From Thermoplasmata archaeon (GTDB lineage: Archaea > Thermoplasmatota > Thermoplasmata > Lutacidiplasmatales > UBA184), in contig JBEKJT010000003.1 of NCBI GenBank assembly GCA_050011075.1, positions 1 through 32,184 on the forward strand: a stretch of 32,184 bases of DNA, read 5' to 3'. This document shows, one piece after another, positions 17,150 through 24,673 of this stretch. The notes below the pieces were generated by a model, which saw nothing but the letters and a program-made list of their open reading frames with translations, searched no databases and was not told the DNA's origin. Made by a program: the position numbers and the translations under genes. Numbering within the stretch: the stretch's first letter is position 1; each line of letters opens with the position of its first letter.

Positions 17150-18790
17150 TTACGGCAGATAATCGCGGGGGAGCGTCCGTAGTTCCTTGAGCGTCTCGGT
17201 GGCGACCTCGACGAACTTGTCGACGTCCTTCTCGGTGTGGGCGCTCGAGAACGTGATCCGCTCGTAGTTGTCGGGGTGGATGTAGATCCCCTTGTCGAGC
17301 AGGAGCTGGTGGTGCCGTAGGTAGAGGTTCCAGTCGATTTGAAGCGATTCGCGGTAGTTAACGATCTTCTTCCGTCGGGTGAAGAAGAACTGGAGGATCC
17401 CGTTGACCGACTGGACCAGCATCGAGATCTTCGCATCGCGGGCCGCCTCCTCGAGACCCTTCCCGAGCCGGGTGGTGAGGCGGCCGAAGCGTGCGTAGAG
17501 CTCGTCGCCACCGCGATGGAGCATCTTCAGATTGGCGAGCGTCCCCGCCATGGAGAGGTTGTTCGCGAAGTACGTCCCGCCGAACGAGATCCGCCCGGGG
17601 GCGATCATGTCCATGTACTCTGCCTTGCCCGAGACGGCCGAGACCGGCACGCCGCCTCCGAGCGCCTTCGCCCAGCAGGAGATGTCCGGCTCGACGCTGT
17701 AGAGCTGCTGGGCGCCGCCCGGCGCGACCCGGAAGCCCGTGAACACCTCGTCGAAGATCACGAGCATCTCGTTCTCGTGCGCGACCTCGACCAGGCGCTT
17801 GAGGTAGTCCGGCTCGGGAGGGATCACGCCGGCGTTCGCCATCACCGGCTCGAGGATCACGGCTGCGAGCCGGTTGCGGTAGCGGCGGACCATCCGCTCG
17901 AACGCGGTGATCGAGTTGTAGGGAGCGACCATCACGTAGTCCGTGACCCCGGGCGGGATCCCGGCGGAGTTCGGGAGCGGTCGCGGATACTCATCGAGGC
18001 CCGCGACGACGGGGGGCGCTTCCGCGCTGATCAGCGCGAGGTCGTGCTGGCCGTGGTAGTGGCCCTCGAACTTCAGGATCGCGTCCTTCCCGGTCACCGC
18101 CCGGGCGATCCGGATCGCGTTCATGGTCGCGTCCGAGCCGTTCGAGCAGAACGCGACGCGCTCCGCGTTCGGGACGAGCTTCTGGAACATCTTCGCGACC
18201 TCGATCTCGAGGGCGGTCGGGGACGCGAAGTGGAAGCCGAACTGGGCGGCCTCCTGGACCGCGCGGACCATCTCCGACGGCGCGTGGCCGTTGATCAGGA
18301 CCCCGTAGGCGAGGTTGAAGTCGAGGTACTCGTTGTCGTCCTCGTCCCAGATCCGAGCACCCTTCGCCCGAGCGATGAACGGGGGTACCGGGTCGTAGGA
18401 GGCGACCCGTATCAGCGAGCTCGTCGAGTTCGGGATCCGTTTCTTTCCCTCCTGGAACAGCTTCGCGCTCTTCTTCAACTTCGGGACGAGACGGGCGATG
18501 GGTATGGGGAGCGGTTGCTCGTCGGACTCAGGCGGTGGGACGACCGGCGCGACCTCCTTCGAGGCCTCTTTGGGCGCCTCTTTCGGGACCTCCTTGGGAA
18601 CCTCCTTCTTCGTCTCCTTCGGTTCCTTGGGGGCCTCGTCCTTCGGGGAGGGAGGGGTGGCCGGGGCCGGGACGGCAACGTCTTCGGCGCGCTCCGGAGG
18701 AGCGAGCGTTTCGGCCCGTGGTCTCAGTCCGTGAGCGTCGGGTTCCCGTTCCGGGAACGCGGACGTCGGGGCGGGTTGCATCTCCGCCAT
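17150..18790 (-). CDS. Class III aminotransferase, HemL-like subfamily, with ~95-aa low-complexity N-terminal extension
   Basis: IWDEDDNEYLDFNL, SNGSDAT, KFEGHYHG, EPVMANAG, IFDEVFTGFR, DISCWAKALGGG (PLP Lys), FGGTYFANN, FSSAHTEKDVD. Confidence 0.88.
   Translation of the reverse strand: MAEMQPAPTSAFPEREPDAHGLRPRAETLAPPERAEDVAVPAPATPPSPKDEAPKEPKETKKEVPKEVPKEAPKEASKEVAPVVPPPESDEQPLPIPIARLVPKLKKSAKLFQEGKKRIPNSTSSLIRVASYDPVPPFIARAKGARIWDEDDNEYLDFNLAYGVLINGHAPSEMVRAVQEAAQFGFHFASPTALEIEVAKMFQKLVPNAERVAFCSNGSDATMNAIRIARAVTGKDAILKFEGHYHGQHDLALISAEAPPVVAGLDEYPRPLPNSAGIPPGVTDYVMVAPYNSITAFERMVRRYRNRLAAVILEPVMANAGVIPPEPDYLKRLVEVAHENEMLVIFDEVFTGFRVAPGGAQQLYSVEPDISCWAKALGGGVPVSAVSGKAEYMDMIAPGRISFGGTYFANNLSMAGTLANLKMLHRGGDELYARFGRLTTRLGKGLEEAARDAKISMLVQSVNGILQFFFTRRKKIVNYRESLQIDWNLYLRHHQLLLDKGIYIHPDNYERITFSSAHTEKDVDKFVEVATETLKELRTLPRDYLP
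18545..18646 (-). repeat. Coding imperfect tandem repeat (x-P-K-E units)
   Basis: Encodes PKDEAPKEPKETKKEVPKEVPKEAPKEASKEVAP; mostly 12-nt units. Confidence 0.8.
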
Positions 18791-18825
18791 ACAGAATGCA
18801 TCTCGGGCGAGTTGCGGACCCCGAG

Positions 18826-18990
18826 TGGCGTATATATAATTGGCTAATCACGAGAATGCGCTATATCATTAATATACGCTAAGAGACGCGGAACTGGATG
18901 TAATATTGAGCCGATGTTATTGTGCGAAAATACCTATTAGTTGGCTCGTAAACATCGTCAAAACCGCTATTTTCGCCACTTGAACGGGTG
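18826..18990. promoter_or_regulatory. AT-rich regulatory region with TATA box for the 17150-18790 gene
   Basis: TATATATAAT at 18831-18840 (minus strand ATTATATATA), about 40 nt upstream of the ATG at 18790, followed by further AT-rich blocks. Confidence 0.65.
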
Positions 18991-18992
18991 TT

Positions 18993-20183
18993 TCAACTCT
19001 TCCGGAGCGGGGGCAACGGCGGTTCCGGCGGGGAAATCGCGGTCTCGATCCCGCGAAGTGCAAGCGCGGCACGGAACGGCCCGGCCGGCACGCAGCGCTC
19101 GGGAGGCACCACGCCGCGGGCGACCATCTTTCCCTCGGCGATCAGTTCGGCTCCGATCGCACCGGCCACGCCGACAGCGTATTCGGTGGCGGTGAGCTGC
19201 CAGTCCGGGCGGGGAGGGAACCGCGCGAGGGCGTGCCGGACGACCGGCCGGTCCCCGGTGCTCCCGTGCAGCTCGATGTCGCAGACCTCCCAGTCGTCAA
19301 CCGTGATCCCCTCGGGGGCGCCGAGCAGCTTCTCTCGCTTGAGAAGGGCGAGCGTGAAGTCGCGCGGGGTCACGGTCGCGCCGCGCACGTCGAGCGGCTG
19401 GTCCGAGCCCAGGCCGAGCAGCGACATCGTGCGCAGCACCTCGATCCCGGGACCGCCCTCCTTCCACTCGCAGTGCGTGAGCCCCTTTGCCTTCAGGCTC
19501 TCGGGAAGCGTCGCCGGCTCGGAGTGCAGCGTCCGGTAGACCCGGGTCCGTCCCACGGGAGCGTCAAAGTCGTAGTCCTCCGCGCCGCTCATCGGAGGGT
19601 ACTCTCGATAGTCCCCTTCCTCGAAGACCATCGCCGGAAGGATCATCTCGTCGAGAAAGGTGCTCGGCGACCAGGTGAACGAGATCTCGGGCGCCCCGAC
19701 CGTGAGGTCGCGCCAGCCATCCCGGATCACGACCGACTCGACCCGCTCGAGGTCCCGGGCCGCCTCCATCGCGAGAACGTTCGACACCCCGGGCACCTGG
19801 CCGAGCCCGGGGACCGCGAGCAGGTCCGCCTCCCGGAAGCGACCGTCGAGCGCGAGTTGACGCCGGGTCATGTGGAAGAGTCCGCCGAAATCGAGGTAGG
19901 GGACCCGGGTCGCGAGCGCGGCCTCCATGACCGCAAGATTGAACGTGTACTGGACCGCGTTGACGACGACATTGGCTCCGTGAAGGAGCGAACTCACCGC
20001 CGCTCGGTCCCGGACGTCGACCGTCGCGGCGGTCGCCTTCGCTCCGGCGGCCTTCGCCGCGGCCTCGGCCAGGTGGGGGTCGAGGTCGGCCGCCACGACC
20101 GAGTCGAAGACCCCGCCCGTCGCAAGGTCGCGGACCGCGCACCGCCCCGTCAAGCCTCCGCCCCCGAGCACCACCGCGCGCAT
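18993..20183 (-). CDS. Saccharopine dehydrogenase-like NAD(P)-dependent oxidoreductase (family includes lysine 6-dehydrogenase and carboxy(nor)spermidine dehydrogenase)
   Basis: Rossmann start VVLGGGGLTG...VAADLD, VVNAV, YLDFGG, GLGQVPGVSNVLA, HSEPATLP, GVVPPE. GGAAGGAG lies directly upstream. Confidence 0.82.
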   Translation of the reverse strand: MRAVVLGGGGLTGRCAVRDLATGGVFDSVVAADLDPHLAEAAAKAAGAKATAATVDVRDRAAVSSLLHGANVVVNAVQYTFNLAVMEAALATRVPYLDFGGLFHMTRRQLALDGRFREADLLAVPGLGQVPGVSNVLAMEAARDLERVESVVIRDGWRDLTVGAPEISFTWSPSTFLDEMILPAMVFEEGDYREYPPMSGAEDYDFDAPVGRTRVYRTLHSEPATLPESLKAKGLTHCEWKEGGPGIEVLRTMSLLGLGSDQPLDVRGATVTPRDFTLALLKREKLLGAPEGITVDDWEVCDIELHGSTGDRPVVRHALARFPPRPDWQLTATEYAVGVAGAIGAELIAEGKMVARGVVPPERCVPAGPFRAALALRGIETAISPPEPPLPPLRKS

Positions 20184-20247
20184 CTCCTTCCCCCGTCGGC
20201 GCCGCCGAAGTGCTCCCGCTATAGGAGGCTTCGGGGGAGGCCGAGGG

Positions 20248-20892
20248 CTATCCTGCGGAGCGGCGACCCTTGCGCCCCTTGGGGACGGAGGGCTCGGGAG
20301 GGGCCGCGGCCGCCTCGGTCGTCGACGACTTCGGGCTCGTGGGCGGAAGAGCGGACGTCCGCGCGAGGAGGTCGCGGAAGGTCTCGAAGTGCCGCAGGAA
20401 CAGGTCGGCCCGGCGCCGGTCCTCGAGCTCGCCGAGCGCGATCTCGAGCAGGGCGCGTGCCTTCCGGTCCCCCGCGTCGGCGTGGGCGAGGTAGACGCAT
20501 AGGACCTGGTAGTGGGGTAGGACGAACGCGTCGGTGCGCGGCGTGCTCATGTCCCCCTTGCGGGGCCGGTAGATCCGTTCGATCGGCACCGCCTTCGCGA
20601 TCGTCTTCCGATGGGAGAAGCCGAAGTACCGACCCGGACCGAGGACGCGGGTCACCTCCCGGATGTTCCCGCTCAGGTTGTTCGTCAGGCGGTCGCATTC
20701 ATGCCAGCACCAGAGACCGAACCCGTAGTCACCGTCCTGGTAGGCCTCCCAGGCCTTGCCGTAGAGCTCGTGCTCGCGCTCCGCTTCGGGCATCAGCGGG
20801 TCGAGGCCGGCCTTCCAGTCCGAGACGAGCACATCGACGCGCATCGTCGGCGAGAACTCCTTCATGAGCGGGATCTCCGTTCCGGCGGCCAC
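20248..20892 (-). CDS. Hypothetical protein (~205-215 aa)
   Basis: C-terminal part of track ORF 20248..21567 has protein-like composition (MKEFSPTMRVDVLVSDWKAG...) and fills the gap between co-oriented genes. Start is GTG 20892 or ATG 20865. Confidence 0.72.
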   Translation of the reverse strand: MAAGTEIPLMKEFSPTMRVDVLVSDWKAGLDPLMPEAEREHELYGKAWEAYQDGDYGFGLWCWHECDRLTNNLSGNIREVTRVLGPGRYFGFSHRKTIAKAVPIERIYRPRKGDMSTPRTDAFVLPHYQVLCVYLAHADAGDRKARALLEIALGELEDRRRADLFLRHFETFRDLLARTSALPPTSPKSSTTEAAAAPPEPSVPKGRKGRRSAG

Positions 20893-20923
20893 ACCCCCGC
20901 GACTTCGCTCGAGGGTTTGGCCG

Positions 20924-22498
20924 TTACTGTCCGTTCGAACCCTCCCGGGTCGGGACCGGACGCCCGTCGACCCAGGTCTCCTGCACGACCGCGGCTCCGG
21001 CCGCCACCGCTCGAGGTAGGTCGGTGGCCGCCGTGAGGACGAGGTCCGCCCGCGCCCCCACCTCGAGCGAACCGAGGTCCGGCTCGCCCAGGGCCCGGCC
21101 CGCGTTGGCGGTGTAGAGAAGGACCGCCTCCGCCGCCGGGATCGCCTCCGCCGGGTCCGGGTTCGCCGACCGTCCCTCAGGGTCGGACCGAGCGACACAG
21201 GCCGCGAGCCCTCGCCACGGGTCGAGCGGGTCGTACGGCGCATCGCTCGAGCCCGCCAGAAGGTGGCCCCGGTCGGCGAGCGTGCGGAACGCGTAGGCCC
21301 AGCGGGCCCTCGCCGCTCCGAGGCGGCGAGAGAGCCAGGCGTCGCTCCAGACGAACCCGGGCTGAACGACGAGCACGGGTCGGACCCGGTCGATGGCCGG
21401 GAGAAGCTCGGGCGGCGTGAGGGCCGCGTGCTCGATGCGCCCCGGGGCCCGGGTCGCGCCCGCCACGCGTTCCAACAGGCGCAGCACCCGCGCGACCGCA
21501 CGGTCCCCGATCGCATGGACCGCCGGCGCGAGCCCGTACCCCGCCGCGCGCGCGAGGCCGGCCGCAAGCCCGTCCTCGGTTCCGACCGGGACCCCGAACT
21601 CCCCCGGGGCGTCGGTGTAGGCGTTCGAGAGCCACCCCGTCCGGGGCCCGAAGGCGCCGTCCGCGAACGCCTTCACCCCCGGGACCCCGTAGAAACCGTC
21701 TCCGCGGATTCCTTCGAGGTCCGAGGGGCCGAAGTTCTCGAGGAGAGAGAGGCGCACATAGGCGCGCACTCGGACCGGCAGGGCCGCGGCGTCCGCCAGA
21801 GCGCGCAGGGCTGCGAGCTCCTCCGGGCTTGTGCTCATCGTGGAGACGGTCGTCAGGCCGAGCGACGCCGCGAGCCGCAGGGTGCGGGCGAGCGACTCCG
21901 GTGGCGGGGGGAATGCGGCGGAGGCGAGCGAGGAGACCGGACGCATCGCCTCCTCGTAGAGAAGGCCGTTCGGGGTTCCGTCCGAGTTCCGACCGACCCG
22001 ACCCCCGAGCGGGTCGGGGTCGGCGGCATCGAGGCCCGCGACGGCGAGCGCCGCGCTGTTGACGACCGCCGCATGACCGCTCGCGTGGTAGAGGATGATC
22101 GGTCGGTCGCCGACGGCTCGGTCCAGGTCGTCCCGAACCGGGGGGCGGCCCTCACGGAATTGCTCGACGTGCCATCCGCGACCGACGACCGCGCCCTGCG
22201 GATGAGCCGCGACCCACGTGCGGATCCGTTCGACGAGCGTGATAATCGACGGAATACCCCGCAGGTCGAGCCCCTCACGGAACCGGGTCAGCTCGGCGAT
22301 GTGCAGGTGGGCATCCACGAGCCCGGGCAGTACGAGGTGGCCCTGAAGGTCGTGGACCTCGACGCCCGTCGGGGAGGCTTTCGAGACCTCCTCTTCCGTT
22401 CCCGCCGCCGTGATCCGGCCGCCCTCCGCGAGCACGGCCCGGACCGTCCGCCGACCGGTGAACACGTGCCCGTTGGTCCAGCGATGGGCCTCGGTCAT
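20924..22498 (-). CDS. Metal-dependent amidohydrolase (Amidohydro_3, YtcJ-like)
   Basis: VLPGLVDAHLH, SGHAAVVNS, GVKAFADG, VHAIGDRA, RIEHA, GSSDAP, YTANAG, GSLEVGARADL. Confidence 0.88.
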   Translation of the reverse strand: MTEAHRWTNGHVFTGRRTVRAVLAEGGRITAAGTEEEVSKASPTGVEVHDLQGHLVLPGLVDAHLHIAELTRFREGLDLRGIPSIITLVERIRTWVAAHPQGAVVGRGWHVEQFREGRPPVRDDLDRAVGDRPIILYHASGHAAVVNSAALAVAGLDAADPDPLGGRVGRNSDGTPNGLLYEEAMRPVSSLASAAFPPPPESLARTLRLAASLGLTTVSTMSTSPEELAALRALADAAALPVRVRAYVRLSLLENFGPSDLEGIRGDGFYGVPGVKAFADGAFGPRTGWLSNAYTDAPGEFGVPVGTEDGLAAGLARAAGYGLAPAVHAIGDRAVARVLRLLERVAGATRAPGRIEHAALTPPELLPAIDRVRPVLVVQPGFVWSDAWLSRRLGAARARWAYAFRTLADRGHLLAGSSDAPYDPLDPWRGLAACVARSDPEGRSANPDPAEAIPAAEAVLLYTANAGRALGEPDLGSLEVGARADLVLTAATDLPRAVAAGAAVVQETWVDGRPVPTREGSNGQ

Positions 22499-22555
22499 CG
22501 GACCTCCCGGGTCCGGGAGGGCGGGAAGAATGAAAGGGTTGGTCGTTCGGCTCCG

Positions 22556-24019
22556 TCACACGTCGAAGTACTTGTAGAACTCGTACGGGTGCGGGCGCAG
22601 ATTCAGCTCGAGCTGCTCCTGCCGCTTGGTCTCGATGTAGGTCTCGAGCAGCGAGTTCGAGAACGCAGGCTTCAGGAACGCCCGGTCGGACTCGAGACAA
22701 TCGAGCGCTTCCCCGAGCGAGCCGGGAAGCTCCCGAATGCGCAGCTCCCGTCGCTTCGCCGCGGTGAGCTTGTAGATGTTCTCGTCGACCGGCGGAGGAG
22801 GCTCGATCTTCCGTCGGATGCCGTCGAGGCCCGCGAGCGCGAGCGCGGCTTCCGTGAGGTAGATGTTCGCGGCCGAATCGGGAGTGCGGTACTCCACCCG
22901 CTTCACGTCCGGCTTCCCTCGGTGGTAGAAGGGGATCCGAACGTTCGCCGATCGGTTCGCCTTGCTCCAGGCGATGAACACCGGGGCCTCGTAGCCCGGG
23001 ACCAGCCGGCGATAGGAGTTCGTGGTCGGGTTCGTGATCGCGCACAGTCCCCGGGCGTGCTCGAGGAGCCCTCCGATATAGTACCGGCATGCCTGACTGA
23101 CCTCCGCGTACGAGTCGGCCGCGTCGTAGAACGTGTTGCGGCCTTTCGACCAGAGGGACTGGTTGGTGTGCATCCCGGTCCCGTTTTCGCCGTAGAGGGG
23201 TTTCGGCATGAGGCAGGCGAACTTGCCGTGACGGGCCGCGACGTTGCGGATGACGTAGCGGATGTCCTGGACGTGGTCCGCCATCAGCACGAGCTCGTCG
23301 TACCGTACCGTGATCTCCGACTGGCTCGCGGTAGCCACCTCGTGATGGTGGGCGTCGACCGTGAGATGGAAGTCGTCCTCCAGGATGTTGCACATCTCAT
23401 CCCGCAGGCTGATAACGCGGTCGGAGGGCGGCGTGCGGTGGTACCCTTCCTTGAAGCGGACCGTGGACTGTATCGGGCCCGGCTGCCAAGGCGCCTCGGC
23501 GTCGGCGATGAGATAGCCCGCGCCGGACCACGCGTCGCGGACGTCTTGGACGGAAGGGACGAGCTGGACCGAATCGAAGACGAAGAACTCGATCTCGGGC
23601 CCCCAGTAGGAGCAGTCGTATCCCGCGTCGGCGAGCACCTGCTCGGTCTTTCGTGCCACGCCTCTCGAGTCGTGTTCGTACGGTTCGCTCTGTCCCCCGA
23701 CCCGAACGTCACAAATGAACCGAGCCGTCCCTCCTGATTCGGGGTCCCAGGGGATCCGGGCGAGGGTGCGGGCGTCCGGAATGAGCAGCATGTCGGACTC
23801 GAAGATCTCCCGGAACCCTCGGATCGACGAACCGTCGAGCTTCGGAACTCCCCCTTCGAACATCTCGGCCTCCAAGCCCGAGCGCGGGACCGAGACCATG
23901 TGGTAACCCCCGAAAACGTCCGTGTAGAACAGCTGGACCCAGCGGACCTTGTCCGCCTTCAGTTTCTCGAGAGCCGCCGCCCCTCCGACGGCCGGCTTCG
24001 CCGACTTCTTGATTGGCAT
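22556..24019 (-). CDS. glnA: Glutamine synthetase type I
   Basis: DGSSI, ESDM, GPEIEFF, HHHEVAT..Q.EI, MPKP..GENGTGMH, NSYRRLVPGYEAP, NRSANVRIP, RVEYRTPD, ENIY, RPHPYEF. GGAGGTG RBS at 24025-24031. Confidence 0.95.
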   Translation of the reverse strand: MPIKKSAKPAVGGAAALEKLKADKVRWVQLFYTDVFGGYHMVSVPRSGLEAEMFEGGVPKLDGSSIRGFREIFESDMLLIPDARTLARIPWDPESGGTARFICDVRVGGQSEPYEHDSRGVARKTEQVLADAGYDCSYWGPEIEFFVFDSVQLVPSVQDVRDAWSGAGYLIADAEAPWQPGPIQSTVRFKEGYHRTPPSDRVISLRDEMCNILEDDFHLTVDAHHHEVATASQSEITVRYDELVLMADHVQDIRYVIRNVAARHGKFACLMPKPLYGENGTGMHTNQSLWSKGRNTFYDAADSYAEVSQACRYYIGGLLEHARGLCAITNPTTNSYRRLVPGYEAPVFIAWSKANRSANVRIPFYHRGKPDVKRVEYRTPDSAANIYLTEAALALAGLDGIRRKIEPPPPVDENIYKLTAAKRRELRIRELPGSLGEALDCLESDRAFLKPAFSNSLLETYIETKRQEQLELNLRPHPYEFYKYFDV

Positions 24020-24074
24020 CCGTCCACCTCCTCACCCCGAGCGTTCGCATCTACATCAAGACGTTTCCCGGATT

Positions 24075-24092
24075 ATTGGAAATTCTTCCAAT
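24075..24092. promoter_or_regulatory. Palindromic operator candidate in the glnA/Lrp divergent spacer
   Basis: Perfect inverted repeat ATTGGAA-ATTC-TTCCAAT. Confidence 0.55.
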
Positions 24093-24136
24093 TCAAGAGC
24101 CATAAAGTTTAACTTCAACCTGTGACTTCAAGCTCC

Positions 24137-24628
24137 ATGCGTCGAACGTCCACTATCGACGAGCTCGACCGGTCGATCCTGGAAGAACTGAACTCTGACG
24201 CGCGTCGCAGCCACCGGGAGATCGCCCACCGCCTGAAGGTCTCTCCGACCACGGTCAGCTCCCGCATCGGCCGGATGGAGGAACAAGGGGTCATCCAAGG
24301 ATACATCCCGGTCCTCGATGACGAACAGCTCGGTTGGGACCTCTGGGCGGCGGTCGGGATACGGATCTCGAAGGGTCGGCTCCGCGAGGTGGAGGAGCGG
24401 CTCGCCCGCGACCCACGCGCGTACGCGATCTATGACGTGACGGGCGACAACGACGCGCTGCTCATCGGCCGGTTCCGCGATCGCCGGGACCTCGACCGAT
24501 TCGTCAAGCACGCGCTCCAGGACCCGTATGTCGAGCGGTCCAACACCCAGGTCGTCCTGAACCGCGTGAAAGAGGACCGGCGTGTGCCGGTATCGCGCCG
24601 GCCGGTGCAGCGGGACGGCTCGGAGTAA
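24137..24628 (+). CDS. Lrp/AsnC family transcriptional regulator
   Basis: IDELDRSILEELNSDARRSHREIA..LKVSPTTV..RI..MEEQGVIQGY HTH, plus YDVTGDND RAM-domain motif. Confidence 0.93.
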   Translation: MRRTSTIDELDRSILEELNSDARRSHREIAHRLKVSPTTVSSRIGRMEEQGVIQGYIPVLDDEQLGWDLWAAVGIRISKGRLREVEERLARDPRAYAIYDVTGDNDALLIGRFRDRRDLDRFVKHALQDPYVERSNTQVVLNRVKEDRRVPVSRRPVQRDGSE

Positions 24629-24673
24629 CCTCTAAGAGGCGGCGGGAACCCTTTGGGAACGGAGCGAACGACC

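Noticed and set aside
20893-21567. N-terminal half of track ORF 20248..21567
   Set aside because: It overlaps the amidohydrolase in another frame and has low-complexity Arg/Ser/Pro composition.
22556-24019. GS-fold gene as gamma-glutamylputrescine synthetase (PuuA/PauA), which would fit the amine cluster
   Set aside because: It keeps the ammonium-site residues of true GS (DGSSI, the GYEAP flap Glu, NIY loop, HPYEF tail), and no PuuD-like hydrolase is present. Best called GlnA.
24078-24089. Canonical NrpR operator
   Set aside because: The spacing is GGAA-N4-TTCC, not N6. Kept only as an unassigned palindrome.
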